A stretch of DNA of 64,000 nucleotides from an uncultured Planctomycetaceae bacterium (GTDB lineage: Bacteria; Planctomycetota; Planctomycetia; Planctomycetales; Planctomycetaceae): NCBI GenBank assembly GCA_963815195.1, contig CAWFGE010000010.1:454857-518856 (forward strand), given 5' to 3'. How positions within the stretch are numbered: position 1 is the first letter of the stretch; the number at the start of each line of letters is the position of its first letter. The translations under genes and the position numbers were made by a program. This document shows, piece by piece, positions 31,513-44,137 of the stretch. Below the pieces are notes generated by a model, which ran no database searches, had not been told where the DNA came from, and saw nothing but the letters and a program-made list of their open reading frames with translations.

Positions 31513-31903
31513 ATGAAATCAAATGTCATCTGGATGGCGGTTTTGACCATCAGCGGAATCAGCGCCGATGCGGCGATGGGGCAACTTCCAAATACTCCAT
31601 TCGCCCCGCGTGCCCCCCGCCCCACGCTGAGTCCCTATTTGAATCTGTTGAATCCCAACAACACGCCCGCTTTCAATTATTACAACTACGTTCGACCTCG
31701 CGAAAACTTTCAGGATTACCAAGCCCAGCAAGCGCAGAGACCTTTCCAACATTCGCCGCGAAATCTCCCAGACCGAGCGAAACGTCCAAAGTTTGAACTC
31801 CAAACTTGGGCCAAGCGGACATAGCACGCGGTTTTTGGATTTAGGCGGCTATTTTCCGGGATCGCGAATTGGGGCCGGTGCGCCAGCGGGCATCGGGCAA
31901 TAA
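31513..31903 (+). CDS. Small secreted hypothetical protein (frameshifted)
   Basis: Signal peptide, RPTLSPYLNLL..NYYNYVRP; the alternative frame gives SGHSTRF..GGYF* ending at 31903. Confidence 0.6.
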
Positions 31904-31908
31904 CCGCC

Positions 31909-32930
31909 TTGGATTCGCACCGCAAGAATCTCCCTGAGGTTTCCTGGCGAAATGTGTGCCAGTGGCCCGTTCTGGCGGCCGTTTTTGCGCTGTTCTTGTT
32001 GCTTATTCCGCTAAAGACGACGGGGCGGGTTGGTAATTCTCTGGTGGATCTTTGTCATGGTCCGCTGTTTGCCTTGCTGGCAGGGACATTAGCCTGGACT
32101 TTTCTTCATCGAACATCTCGAAGACCTGTTTGGCTTTGGGCACTGGGGATTTGGGGAGTTTGCTCGGCGTGGGGATTAATTGGGGAAGGGCTCCAACACT
32201 TTGTGGGACGGCAGCCCTCCTGGCACGATGCCTCCGCCAATGCCCTCGGTGCCGACTGCGGGCGTCTTTTGCATGCTGCCTCAACCCGCGCGATTACGCC
32301 GCATCTTGCTTCGCGGCATGGCGGTTGGCTTGCTCCTGTCGGCAATGATTTCGCCGCTTACCATTCTGGCGGATGCCCTTTATCAAACCTCTCAAATGCC
32401 GATGCTCGCGATCCTTTGAATGGCCCGGGGAACTGTCGAGGTGGTCTGTTCAAGATTGTGAAATTGAACGCATTCAGAAACATCCGACTGCGGGGAATTG
32501 GTCGCTCCAAGTCGATCTGAAGCCGGGCGTCTATCCTGGCCTGGCGATGTCCGAAGTGCCGCCGGATTGGACGGCGTACCGGGAACTGGCTTTTGATGTC
32601 ACGCTCGAATTTCCCGAACAGCTTTCCTTGATCGTGAAAATCCACGATCAGGCCCATAATCTCGAAACGGACGACCGCTACCATTATTTCGCGAATTTGA
32701 CTCCGGGCCTTCATCACATCCGTATTCCGCTCCGGGACGTGCAACACGCGCCCCGCGGGCGATTGATGGATCTCTCGCGAATGCAGATGCTCCAGTTCTT
32801 TACCGTCCGACTCGAAAAACCCGCTCGGCTTTATCTGGACAATATCCGGTTGATTCCCGATTCGCCTGGTGAGGAGACCGCCGAACTCGAATCCACGGAT
32901 CGTCCCCGCTCGGGAACCTCGCGAAACTGA
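31909..32930 (+). CDS. VanZ-like membrane protein with C-terminal beta-sandwich (CBM-like) domain (frameshifted)
   Basis: DLCHGPLF, EGLQHFVGRQPSWHD..ANALG; C-terminal PPDWTAYRELAF..LYLDNIRL. Confidence 0.7.
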
Positions 32931-35827
32931 CGCTGCCACCAGACCGATCCCCACATCCCGATCCCCGCGCCCAACGTGTAAAGTCCTATATCGGTGCTAT
33001 CCGGCGTGTGGGCGGGCATCAGCAGTTGGAGTAATTCAATGCCGGTCCCTAACCCCGCGCATGCCGCGAGCAGACAAAAAAGGACCAGGCGTTTGAGGAC
33101 TTTGGGCAGTCGAGAGGCCAGGACCGGTTGGCTCACCCACATGCCTAAGAGGCCCCAGAGAAACACCTTCCGAAGGATTTGGGTGGCTGCCATATATTCG
33201 GTGGACCAAAAAAGTGCGGTCATGGGCGTGTTAAAAAAATGATTCCAATCCTTTTGGATCCGCACGGGATCGTGATCGACCTCGAGAGGCCAGCAGAAAT
33301 AACACACCAGAAACCCCGCATACAAGACGGCCGCTCCATACCAGGCCAATGTCCGAAGCAGTTTTTGATCGTGAAACGCGGGAGCACGATTCTGCCGAGA
33401 CTGAACATACCAAATGCCTCCCGAGCCCAAGGCAATTCCCGAGAGTCCAATCAACAAGATCTGTGGTTTCCGCGTATCGGCTGAGGAGAAACACTTGCGC
33501 GGTCTCGATCAGGACAACCACGGAACCCCCAATCAGGAGACTGCGGAGCCACGTTCTCCGCCGGTGTCCGTCATGCCAGATGATGGTAGCCCACACGCCG
33601 ATGGGCACAAATGCCAGCCCGTCACTGACAATTCGCCAAACGGTGTCCTTGGTGATTCCGGCCTGCCAATCCGGCACGAGGACGATCAGGCCCGCTTGAT
33701 ATTTCTTATAGATCTCCGCCGGGTGAATGACGAAGTCCAGCGGGATCAGCGAATACGCGATGAGACCCAAGACATAGAGTGAAAGCACGGAAGCCAAGAG
33801 CGGTTGGTGCTCTCCTTTCGAGGTATGCAGCCGCCACCAATTGGTCAGGATCTGCCCAAACCCGAACCAACACACGATTCCGACCAGTGTTCCCACCGCC
33901 TGGGCATACACGTCATCGTGGGACGGCACACGGGCGTGAATGAACGATTGAAAAAACTCAATCATCAGACTCGACGCCGCACAGAACCCGATGACCAGAA
34001 CCATTCCCGCCGCTTTCCAGAGCCGGGACTTTCGATCGACGCACCACAGCCCCATTCCAAAAAACGCAATCGGGACAAACAGCAGAACGTTCGCGCCCCA
34101 ATCGCTCCGGTTTCCCAAGTCAATTCGGCCCCAATCTTGATGGAACCAAAAGTCATCCCAGGCCTGGTCAAAGCTCATCGGGCGAAAGTTGAACGGCACC
34201 AGGGAGCCATAAGCCGCCAGGCACAAAAACGCGAAGGCCGCAAGGAAAAAATGCATGTGGCGGGGAGGCGTGACCGAAAGAACGGAAACATACTCCGCGC
34301 TTGGCGGATTCTGTTTTGGCCGCGATTTCCGCTCGGGCTTTTCGACAACATCCTCCTTGTTTTCCCGCCAATGCCGAAACCACGCGACGAGCGAGGCCGC
34401 GACGAGCATCAACATGCCCACGCCCCAAAGCCGACGCCAGGTGAACTCGCGGACGATCGCCTTCCAGGCATTCGAGAACGGGCTTGCGTCCTCTGTCACG
34501 ATTCGTATTGGATTCGTATAGAACATTAAATCGGGACCATCGTCCACGATCCGGCGGCCGCGGGCGCGGAGCACGAACCCGTCCTGCAGATTCTTGAGTT
34601 GGCGCGTGAAAGGTTTTCCGGGTGCAAACGGTTCTTCCGCAATGATTCTCGTGCTCGTGGAGGTGATGGCAATCAGTTCGATTCGGTCGATGTGATTGGG
34701 TTGGCCCTCCCAATCCGTGGGGGGAACGATCAAATCCAGTTCGACGGTCAGATCGGATCCCTTGGTGATAGCGATCGTTTCCCCGGGATACGCCGGCCGC
34801 GACAAGTCCTCCGTTCGCACGCGAAGTTCCACGTTCCTGGCGATGTGCCCGTGATCGGCGAAGAATGCACCGGCCTTGTAGGCCCGGAGCACGCCCTCCG
34901 TCGACCGCTCGGGAGCGTAGAGCCAGGTCTCGGAAAACTCGCCCGGCCAATAATCCATGTTGGGACTATGAAAATCCGATGGGGCCCGGGCCGCCCAAAT
35001 GTCTTCGCCCTTGGCTAAAAGCTGATCCCAAGCCCCGCCCGGTTCAGCCGCGGCGGGATCCCAACGATCCACAAGAGCCACTTTGCCTTTGTAAGAGCCG
35101 CCTGCCTTTTGATGGCCCGGCGCCGGAAAAGCCCACCACCAAATCCGTCTGCTTTCGCCAGCCCGCGAGCATCGCCGCCACTTCGTCACTTTGATCCACG
35201 GCCCGGCTCGGATGATTCGAAAAAATCAAGGGCGCAACATCTTTCGGGTGCGGCAGTTGGCCCAGCCAGTCGAACGCGGCCACGGCAAGTTCGGCATCAT
35301 GTGTTTCGCGTCCCAAATCGTCGAACTGACGTTTGAACTCTGCGAGTGTCAGAAACTCATCGGGTCCGGGCGGAACCAACACCGTGGCGTGTTCATCCCC
35401 GCCCCAAGGCGGGACGTTCCATTCGAGGCCCGCGAGAATCAACAACTTAGGATGGCTTCGCCGGGCTGCGAGGATGGCCTCGGCATATTCCGGTGTGGCC
35501 GCGCTCAGGTTTCGGTCGCCATGATCGGTGATCGCGATGGCGTCGCAGCCGAACTCTTTCGCCTTGACCGCAATCTCATCGATGCTATGCAGCTCCATCG
35601 GAAAACCGGGTGTGGATGTGGGTGTCGGCCTTGATCCATTCGCCGTGTTCCATCCAGTCGATTTTTGTAATAAACCTCGCGTCAGACGGGGCGTCGCATC
35701 CGCCAAGCCCCGATCCAATCAGCAATAACAGCAGCAAAAAGACACCCCGGCCCCGAAGCAGAAATGGCCAGGGGTTCTTCGGGCGAGTTTGAAATAGACG
35801 CGAGGGATTTGTCACGAATTGAGTCAA
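32831..35827 (-). CDS. PHP-domain metallohydrolase fused to multiple VanZ-like membrane domains (3 frameshifts)
   Basis: KADTHIHTRFSDG, IAITDH, GLEWN, NHP; VanZ-like NVLLFVP..IEFFQ..R..DD, IETAQ..R..TD, IELLQ..DSTD. Confidence 0.75.
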
Positions 35828-36906
35828 TGCGATAGGGAATCCGGCCGGCGAAACCAGGCAAGGTCGGAAAAGTCCGGACCATGTTTTGGAAGAGGCCGGT
35901 GCTGGATTATTTCGATATGCGGCACTTTCGGAGGCTTGGGTTTCGGCACGGGTTTGGGTTGCGGGCTTCCGTCGTCTTTGCTCTCGGTTACGCCGATGCC
36001 CACTTTCCCGCTTTGCTCGGCCCGGAGGGCGGCTTGCTGCGTCCCCGTGGTATTGGTGACGGCCAAAAGCGATGCCCCTGTCGGTGTGCCGATCATGCTC
36101 GCCGCGGGGCGGCCGTTGGGATACCGCACGGAAATGATCGAGGTGCCATCCGGCGTGCGGATCAGCGTGGGTCCGCTGTCCGATCCGGGACCATTGATTG
36201 TCAACTGCCCGAGTCCATCTTCTAAGAGGTGCATCACCGGGCCGTATTCGCGCTGGTTATTGGCGATCCCGATCGCCGCGTCGCCGTTGTCCTGCACCGA
36301 CAAAAGCGGACCCCCCGTGCCGGTGCCCCGGTGGATTTGAACGTCCGCCGCGCCATTGGCCCGGCTGCTCAAGGCGATGGTCGCGGGACCGCGTCCCTTG
36401 GTGATCAGCTTGGCTTCTCCATCAGTTGAAAGCGAAAGGCGGATTACCTCGTTTTCGCCTCCTTCCATGACCAAGGCCAAATCGCCTTTGTCGTCGGGTC
36501 CGATTTTCACTCGCTGGTTAAAATGCCGAAGTCCGATCCGCCCCGTGCCATCGTCCTCGACGCGGAGGGAAATCACTTCCCGCCCCACCTTGTCGTTGAG
36601 GAGAATCCGCGGCTTGCCATCGTCTCCCAAAGTGATTTCCAAGCGAGGTTGTCCGCGGCGGTCTCGAAGAATCAGGGAATTCTGGCTCGCAGCAGTCGAA
36701 GTTCGCTGAGTCGCCTGCGGGGAGACGGCTGCGGAGGTGCGTTCACTTTCTGAGAACCTGGGCGACCCCTCGGCCTGAGTGGAAGAATCGGACGTCGAGT
36801 CGGATTTCGTCCGGTTGGATTCTGTTCCGAACATCAAGACCGCAGAGGTCAAAGCCACGGAATAAAGTAAAACACGTTCCAATGCGTGCATGATTTCAGT
36901 CCCCAC
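35824..36906 (-). CDS. Exported hypothetical protein with beta-strand repeats
   Basis: N-terminal hydrophobic segment; repeated (L/I)xxxDG.. hairpin motifs; Pro-rich tail. Confidence 0.65.
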   Translation of the reverse strand: MGTEIMHALERVLLYSVALTSAVLMFGTESNRTKSDSTSDSSTQAEGSPRFSESERTSAAVSPQATQRTSTAASQNSLILRDRRGQPRLEITLGDDGKPRILLNDKVGREVISLRVEDDGTGRIGLRHFNQRVKIGPDDKGDLALVMEGGENEVIRLSLSTDGEAKLITKGRGPATIALSSRANGAADVQIHRGTGTGGPLLSVQDNGDAAIGIANNQREYGPVMHLLEDGLGQLTINGPGSDSGPTLIRTPDGTSIISVRYPNGRPAASMIGTPTGASLLAVTNTTGTQQAALRAEQSGKVGIGVTESKDDGSPQPKPVPKPKPPKVPHIEIIQHRPLPKHGPDFSDLAWFRRPDSLSH

Positions 36907-37390
36907 TCTGAGAGGTGAGCGAGTTCGGTAAGCCGCAAGGCCGCGCAGGCTCCGGATGGAGGCAGGTGACGGCCCCCAACGAGGAAATGCCCCGCATCAT
37001 TCCAACGCCCAAGGCCACTCCCGCGAGATTACAGAGAAGATCCGCCCAATCGCAGTGCCGCCGGGGCACGAAGTATTGAACACCTTCAAACACAAGGCTA
37101 TGCAGCACGACTCCGCCAATCAACTCACGCACGGCGCGACGCGATATGGGAGGAACGCTCCACCACACGATGCAGACGAACCCGCAATAAGCGATCAGAT
37201 GCTGAAAGTAGCTGGAGAGCGTGCGATCGAAGGCCTGTTCGGTATCGATACCCCACTCCCCAAAGGGGGCAAGCGGAGCGGGGGCCACCAACAGATAGGT
37301 CAAAAGCAAGGCGTATCCCCAAGCGGCCCCCAACCGGGTTCGGCGGGGGAGATGCTGGATCCGCTCGACGGCTTCGATGATCGGTTTCAC
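36896..37390 (-). CDS. VanZ-family membrane protein
   Basis: HLIAY, FEGVQYFVPRR..DWADLLCNLAG. Confidence 0.8.
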   Translation of the reverse strand: MKPIIEAVERIQHLPRRTRLGAAWGYALLLTYLLVAPAPLAPFGEWGIDTEQAFDRTLSSYFQHLIAYCGFVCIVWWSVPPISRRAVRELIGGVVLHSLVFEGVQYFVPRRHCDWADLLCNLAGVALGVGMMRGISSLGAVTCLHPEPARPCGLPNSLTSQSGD

Positions 37391-38520
37391 TGGGAAAGCA
37401 ATTCCTCATAAATGGCGGCAATCCGCTCCATCCGGGCCGCGAAACTGAACCGCTCCTCAATCGTTCGCCGGCCCGTTGCGGCCAACCGCTCCGCCATTTC
37501 GCGATCCGTAAGCAGTCTCTTCAAAGCATTCGCAAGGGCCGGGAGTGTCCGCGACCGGCATCAAAAGTCCATTGTGATTGTTTTCAATCAACCGGGCAAT
37601 CCCTCCCGCGGTCGTTGCCGCGACCGGCACCTCAAAGGCCATCGCTTCCAAGAGCACATTGGGAAGCCCTTCCCGCAGACTGCTCAGGGCAAATACATCG
37701 ACGGCTTGATACAACTCGGCAAGATCGCTTTGAAAACCGAGCAGATGGAACCGCTCCGGTTCCCGTTGACTGGCAATCAGCCGCTCAAGCGAAGCCCGTT
37801 CCGGCCCGTCCCCGGCGATGGCCAGTTCCACATCATGGCCCTGATCCAAGAGATTCGAAACGGCCTGGATCAAACTCGCAAAGTTCTTCTCGCCTGAAAG
37901 CCGCCCCACGGCTCCGATCAGCCGACGATCCGGAGAAAACCCCAGCCGGGCTTTCACGACATGAGGAGGTTCCGCTCGTCGATAAATCTCCGTATCGATG
38001 GCGTTGTCAATGAAGAACAGCTTTTCTTTGAGGACACCGGCTTTTTGAACGGCTTCAAAAAGATCTGAGGAGACGCAGATCACTTTGTCGTAACGTTTCT
38101 GTGCCCAGCGATCCAGCCGATAATACAAGGGGGTTTTCCAAGTTCGCTGGACCCACCCATGCGCGGTGGTCACAAGATGCATCGGCCAGGATCGCCTCAC
38201 CAAGAGTCCCACCAGATTGCTTTTGTAATCGTGGGCGTGCCAGATCGTAACGTTCTCTTGCCGGCAGAGACGAACGAATTGCTTCACCACGCCGAGATCG
38301 AAAGGCCCCCGGTCGGGAATGGAAATCACGGGAGCCTCGACCGCCGCGCCTCGCCGCCGGAGTTCCTCAAATCCAGGATCGTCCGGCGGGTGCATGAAGC
38401 GACACATCGACCGATAACCCAGAGGACCCAAGAACCGGGGCGAATTGAGAATCGTCTTTTCCGGCCCGCCCCCGGTGCCGGTCACCACACGGGTGTGAAG
38501 GACCGTGCCCTTTCATGTTT
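37387..38520 (-). CDS. Glycosyltransferase family 4 (frameshifted; start approximate)
   Basis: GGGPEK, HAHDYK, VGRLSGEK, SLREGLPNVLLEAMA. Confidence 0.9.
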
Positions 38521-38571
38521 CTGCGCCAGCAGGGTGCGACTTGCGCGGTCTCGGACGATGCGTCTGCAAGC

Positions 38572-39840
38572 TCAGCGGAAGAATGAAACATCAGAATCCG
38601 GTGTCGGGGGCTGTTCACTAGAGATCAAGAAGAAAATCAGGTGTTCAAATTCGGCGGCCCGCGCGTCCCAAGTCTGCGATTTCGAAGACGCTGGCGCGAG
38701 CGCCTGCTCGGGGGCAAACCGGTGTTCAATCGGTGAAGGACGGCCGAGGCAAAGGCGTCCATGCATCCGCTACTAAGTTCAAACAATCCGACCAGGGACA
38801 GCCCCGGCGGCGGGCAAATCCGCGAGCGACCACGGACCGCCCGGTCGCCAGGTATTCGAGCATCTTAAGTGGCTGCATCGCCCGGGTCACCGGGGCGTCG
38901 ATAGTAAGGCAGGACCAAGACATCCGTGCCTTGAGCAACCTGGGGCAACTCGTCGTAAGGCAGGGCATTGATTCGGCGAGATAGACATCGGGGAATCCTT
39001 TCCAAATTCAGGCTCGGGTTGCTCTTCGGGCCCGATCAGCAATTGTCCCGCGATCCATTCGCTTCGATAACTCTATCCAAAAAGCACCGGTCCATCCGCC
39101 GATCGATCAGGCCCCAAAACGTGACGATCGGATTTCTCCAACTCTCGAAACGATTCGTGAACGGGAACTCCGTCCAGCGACCAATGGTCGAGAGCGACGC
39201 CATGCGTCAGGAGAGTCACCTCCTCCCGAGTTTCTTCGAGCCGCTGTTTCAGCACGGCACTTGCCGCGATCAACACGTCGGCTTGGCGGATTACCTCCGC
39301 CTCCATGACGGCGAGTGGCTTTTGATCGAGACCCGGCCACGTGCCAAAATCATCGACGCAGTAATACACCCAGCGATCGACCGGCAAGTGGCTCATCAAA
39401 TCCGTCGACGATAGGAATCGTGGTGATCGCGACGACGGGGCTCGTTCGGTTTTCAAGAGACTACTTTGAAGTTGTCTTTTGAGCAATCGGCGGTTGATCG
39501 CCCGGTCGAGCGGGCGTGCGGAACCAGGGCCACATTTTGTTGGATTGAGCACCGAAATGTCTTAGGTCCAATTCGGGCGATGCGGCGGAGTCTTCGGACG
39601 CGGTCCAGTGCCGAATCTTTTCCCAGCCCCGCGGACCGTGGACCACCCTAGCGAGGGCGGGGCGCATCCCAATCGTATTGACCCAGAGGACATCATACCG
39701 CCCCATGAGCCTGCGAATCAGGTGCTGGCAACTCGACGCATGCCGGCCCCAATCGTCGGAAAACACCAAAAGCGTCGCCCGCTCGTTGGACCGATTCGAT
39801 TGGGATCGCGTTTTGCGTTTCCACGCGAGACGCCCGTCAT
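38572..39840 (-). CDS. GT-B glycosyltransferase (multiple frameshifts)
   Basis: VFSDDWGRHASSCQHL, YYCVDDF, LLTHGV, MQPLKMLEYLATG across frames. Confidence 0.8.
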
Positions 39841-40930
39841 GGGATGCCTCGCACGATGTGGGGCCCGAGGAAATTGGCAACCCACAAAGGCAACCGCTGC
39901 CAGGTGCGAATCATGAGCTTGTATTTGGGATGGCTCGGCCGCATCTCGCCCACATCGCCTTGGCGGACGTGATACTGCCAATTCGCGGGAAACGGCTCCG
40001 CGCCCCATTGCTTTTTGAAGCGATAGGTCGGGCCGTCCGGCGTGCTGCGGCCGAAATCGAACACCGCCTGCCCGCGCTCGATCGCCCGCGCGAGCAGATG
40101 ATAATACATGAGCATGTTCGGATTGCGTTTGTTCTCGGAGCGGAGCGAACTTGCACTTGGAACTTCGGTCGCTTCGGGGCCGTGGATGAGCAGCGCGGCC
40201 GCCACGCATCGCCGGCCGTCCCGCACGCTGCAAAGCTCCGCTTCATCGGGAAATCCGTCGAGAATCGCGGCGAAGAGTTTTCGCCCGAACGCCGGCGTTC
40301 CCAGATCGCGCATGTTCCGCGAAAAGACGGATAGAAATCCTCCAAGAGTTCATGCCGGCCCCAGACCACCGAGAACCCCTGGCTCTCGCCCTTCTTGACC
40401 TGGTTTCGCACCTTGGCCTTGAGTCCCTCCCGAAGGGCTTCAACAGAATCGGGCAACTCCAATCGCATGTGGACCTTTTCGCTGACCGTTTTCGTGAGTG
40501 CCGGATGCTCGATCGCCGTTTCGTGCCGAAGTTCCAAAAATCGGCAATCGAGTTCTTCCGCGAGGTCCACCGCCCGGTCGATCGACCAACGCCGCCGCCG
40601 GCTGAGATTGGCCCAGCACGCCGCTGGTGTTGACATACGGCAAGACTCACCAAATACCGCCCGAACAGTCGACTGTGCACATAGCACAAAGGCAATTGAG
40701 CAAGAACGTTCTCGCGAGAATCCATCGCTTGAACCAGATACGGTTCATGGCTCAATCCCGACTGGAGAACGCTCAGCCAACGCAGCGGGAAGTCGTCTCA
40801 ATGATGGATTTGCAAGTTCGTCCGACTTCCTCAATACGACCTCGAGCCCATCCCGATTTGCAGGGATTGGCCCAGAGTGGCCGTGAGTCTCAAGAACAGA
40901 GGAGTTCGGTGCGGTGGAGAAGTTCCATGC
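39837..40930 (-). CDS. FemAB-like GNAT protein of the XrtA/PEP-CTERM EPS type (frameshifted; start approximate)
   Basis: SRLFGRYLVSL, PY, KVRNQVKK, MRDLGTP, FDFGRS, YRFKKQWGA, WQRLPL. Confidence 0.85.
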
Positions 40931-40994
40931 AGCGTTCGCGGTGGAAGACGGAGGGAAGAAACGAAGAAGACTCGGGTACGTTAAGTGTGCGCGA

Positions 40995-42152
40995 TCAATT
41001 GCTTCGAGAGCCGTTGGCAGCACGAGGCTTGATGCCGATGACTTCATCAAATATCTCGCCATACCGGGCGTGCATGGTTTGTTCGGAAAACATCTCAAAC
41101 GCCCGGCGGCGTCCTTGTTCGCCCAACGGAGTGCGAAGTGCCGGTTCGTTGGCCAGGCGAGATTAAAGCTTCGGCCAAAATCTGGTCTTCTCCGCTGGGG
41201 GCCAAAAGTCCCACGGGCGGATCGCCGAGGATTTCTCGCACGCCGCCCACGTCGGTTGAAACCACCGGAAGCCCCGCGGCCATGCCTTCAATGATCGTAA
41301 GCGGAATCCCTTCGCTGATGCTGGTCAGCAAAAACGCATCCGCGGCAAAGAGCAAACGGGGAACATCCCGCCTGGCCCCCAACAGTTTGACATGGCGGCC
41401 CAAGCCGAGTTCCTCGATCAAGGCTTCAATCTTCGCACGTTCGGGCCCCTCGCCCACAAGAATCAGCTTCGCATGGGGCACGGTTTGCACCAGATGGGCC
41501 ATCATGCGAATTGCGGTCGGATGATCTTTGAGGCCATCCAACCGCGCCACCTGCATGGCCACAAAATCCTCTGGTGAAAGCCCCAGTTCCGAACGGACGC
41601 TCGCCGCATCGGTCGGCGGATTTTCAAATGGGGCAAGATGGATTCCGTTATAAACCACCTCGACCCGCTCCGAAGGGAGGCCTTCATTCTTGATGAGCGC
41701 CTCGCGAACCTTCGCCCCGACGCCGAGAAATCGGTCCCGCCGGCTGGTCATGAGCGAATTGAAGATCATCCGCTTCCGGCGGGGATAGTCGGGATGCCAG
41801 CGGCCATGTTCCGTAAACACCACCGGCACACGAGAGCGAAACAATCGGCTGGTGAGCGCGTAGAAAAACGGCGTGTATTGATGCGCGTGGATCAAATCGA
41901 CCTTTTCTTCGCGGACAAACCGCGCGAGCCGACGGGCACAACCCAAATCCAGCCCCGGCTTTCGTTCAAGTGGCGAACCGATAACCATCTGCTTCCAGGC
42001 CTTCTCCAAGTGTGCCGACCTGGTCCGAAACAAGCAATCACGAACCGATAACGATCGGAAAGGCAGCGCACAAAGCGGTCGGCAAGCACTTCGGCCCCGC
42101 CAATGGGTAGGCCGTGGAGCAGTTGGCAAATCGTCGGGCGTTCGTCGGTCAC
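40995..42152 (-). CDS. Glycosyltransferase family 4 (frameshifted)
   Basis: GGAEVL, HAHQYTPF, TEHG, VARL..LKDH, SISEGIPLTIIEGMA. Confidence 0.9.
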
Positions 42153-42185
42153 GGAAGCTTTCTTGCGGTTGATGATTCAATGACT

Positions 42186-44096
42186 TTATCGGCTGGAGGC
42201 AGGGAGGGTGCGATCGGACATTCCTGAAAGAACCGCCCCGGATTGATCGGCAAATCGGCGCTGGCCCATCTCGAAAATCATCATCGAGAGAAGCAAGAAC
42301 GTATGGTTTCGCTCGTTGGCCAAGTGCTGCTTGACCACGCTCCGAACCGTTTCCGGGACAAAGACGCCCCGATCGAGGCACTCTGAGGAAAGCAGAATCT
42401 CTTCGACCAAGGACCGAAGCGATGTTCTCAGCCAAAGCCCCAAACGTTCATAGGGCTGGTGTCCTTTGAAGCCGAGCTTGCCCAAGACTTTCATTCGGAA
42501 CAATGTCATTTGGCGAATGAGCTTCGGAGCCCCCACGCGTGCTCCGGTGTTGGAATTGGCCGGTGCCAGGAATTCCGGGATCCGCCGGCGGAGAATGCCT
42601 GCTTGCAAGGTTTCTCCCATCCGCAAATCGGCCGGACACGACAAAAGCAGTTCGACGAGACGCGAATCCATAAACGGCAAACGCGTTTCCGTGACGGATT
42701 GGAATTTCATCAACGACAGGGCCGTTTCCCTGCGAAGCCTTTGCGTCAAGAACAAATGGCTGATGCGGTTCACCGGTGTTTCCCATGAAGCCGTTTCCGT
42801 GAGGGCCTCGGTAATCGATTCCCGCACGAGACTTTCCCTCTGGCTGGTGTCGGCCTCCACTAACAAGGGGCCATCGACCGCTTCGAGCAGATAGGCCGAA
42901 AGCCGTTGACCGAGCCAGGCTTCGAGATCTTGTTGATTGCGAATCTGCCAGACAGATTGATCGAGCGAGAAATTGTAGGCTTTGCTGAGGTGCATCAACT
43001 CACCGGCATGGCCGCGAAGCAGCACCTGAATGCCCCACTCGCGAATTAGCGAAAACGACGGGAGCACAATGCACTGCGACAGGTAATGCCCGTCGGTCAA
43101 TTCCACCATCCGCTCCAAATGGCCGGCGAAATTCCCCAAGAATTGCTCATCGAGCGTGCAGACATGGTAGGGATAGCCGGCCATGGCCGCTAACCGCCGC
43201 GCCGAGGAAACGTCGAGGCTGCCTTCCATGCCCAGACTATAACAGGTCATGTCCGTCCGTTTGTGATCCGTCAAGCCTAAGATCGTGCGGGCATCAAGTC
43301 CCCCCGATAATGCTATTCCCAGATGCTCCGTGTCCAGCGTTTGCGCATCGACCGAGGCTTTGAGCCTCGCACCGATTTGCTCGATCCATTCTTCTTCTGT
43401 CAGATTTGCAAGATCGGGATTGGGCGCCATCCGCCAATAGCAGCGGCATTCCAACCTCCCCGACTCCAGATCGTACTCGGCAACGGTGGCCCCGGGAATG
43501 ACGCGAACAGCTTCATAGAACGTGTCATTGTTCCAGAAGTGACCCAACGAAAAGAACTGCGCCAGGCCACGCACATTTTGATTCCGAGAGACGGCGGGAT
43601 CGCATAACAACGCTTTGATTTCCGATGCGAACAACAGCCGTGAATCGTTCTCGGCATAGTAGATCGGCTTGAGCCCAAACTTGTCCGTTATCAAAAGAAG
43701 TTTTTGCCGAGATCGATCCCAGATCGCCGCACAAAACTTGCCGTCCACCTGTTTAAGGAATTCGGAACCAAGCTCTGTGACGCCGAGTACGAACAGGCTC
43801 CAAACACCGGCCTGACTTTCCAAAGCGATTCCGCGGGCTTTTAGAATTTGCCGAAGCTCGCCTGCATTATAGATCTCGCCGCTATAAACGGCACACAGGT
43901 TTTCGGTCTCAATACGTCTCTGCCGATCGGCGGCGAAGGAGAGATGCACGGAGCCCAAGGCGATGCGACGATCATCCTCCTCAAACTGGCAGTCTACATC
44001 ATCCGGTTGATGCCGGAGCACGTGTGTCATGGCACGGCCAAGTTCGCTGTCCACCGCACGGGAATGTTGACCGGCGATTCCGCAAATTCCAGGCAT
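42186..44096 (-). CDS. Asparagine synthetase-like amidotransferase lacking the N-terminal Cys
   Basis: MPGICG start, GEIYN, DKFGLKPIYY, FASEIKAL, LSGGLDAR, RLPFMD. Confidence 0.9.
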   Translation of the reverse strand: MPGICGIAGQHSRAVDSELGRAMTHVLRHQPDDVDCQFEEDDRRIALGSVHLSFAADRQRRIETENLCAVYSGEIYNAGELRQILKARGIALESQAGVWSLFVLGVTELGSEFLKQVDGKFCAAIWDRSRQKLLLITDKFGLKPIYYAENDSRLLFASEIKALLCDPAVSRNQNVRGLAQFFSLGHFWNNDTFYEAVRVIPGATVAEYDLESGRLECRCYWRMAPNPDLANLTEEEWIEQIGARLKASVDAQTLDTEHLGIALSGGLDARTILGLTDHKRTDMTCYSLGMEGSLDVSSARRLAAMAGYPYHVCTLDEQFLGNFAGHLERMVELTDGHYLSQCIVLPSFSLIREWGIQVLLRGHAGELMHLSKAYNFSLDQSVWQIRNQQDLEAWLGQRLSAYLLEAVDGPLLVEADTSQRESLVRESITEALTETASWETPVNRISHLFLTQRLRRETALSLMKFQSVTETRLPFMDSRLVELLLSCPADLRMGETLQAGILRRRIPEFLAPANSNTGARVGAPKLIRQMTLFRMKVLGKLGFKGHQPYERLGLWLRTSLRSLVEEILLSSECLDRGVFVPETVRSVVKQHLANERNHTFLLLSMMIFEMGQRRFADQSGAVLSGMSDRTLPASSR

Positions 44097-44137
44097 AATC
44101 GAAGCAATCCTGTTCGCTGCGCCTAGGCAGCGTCAAA

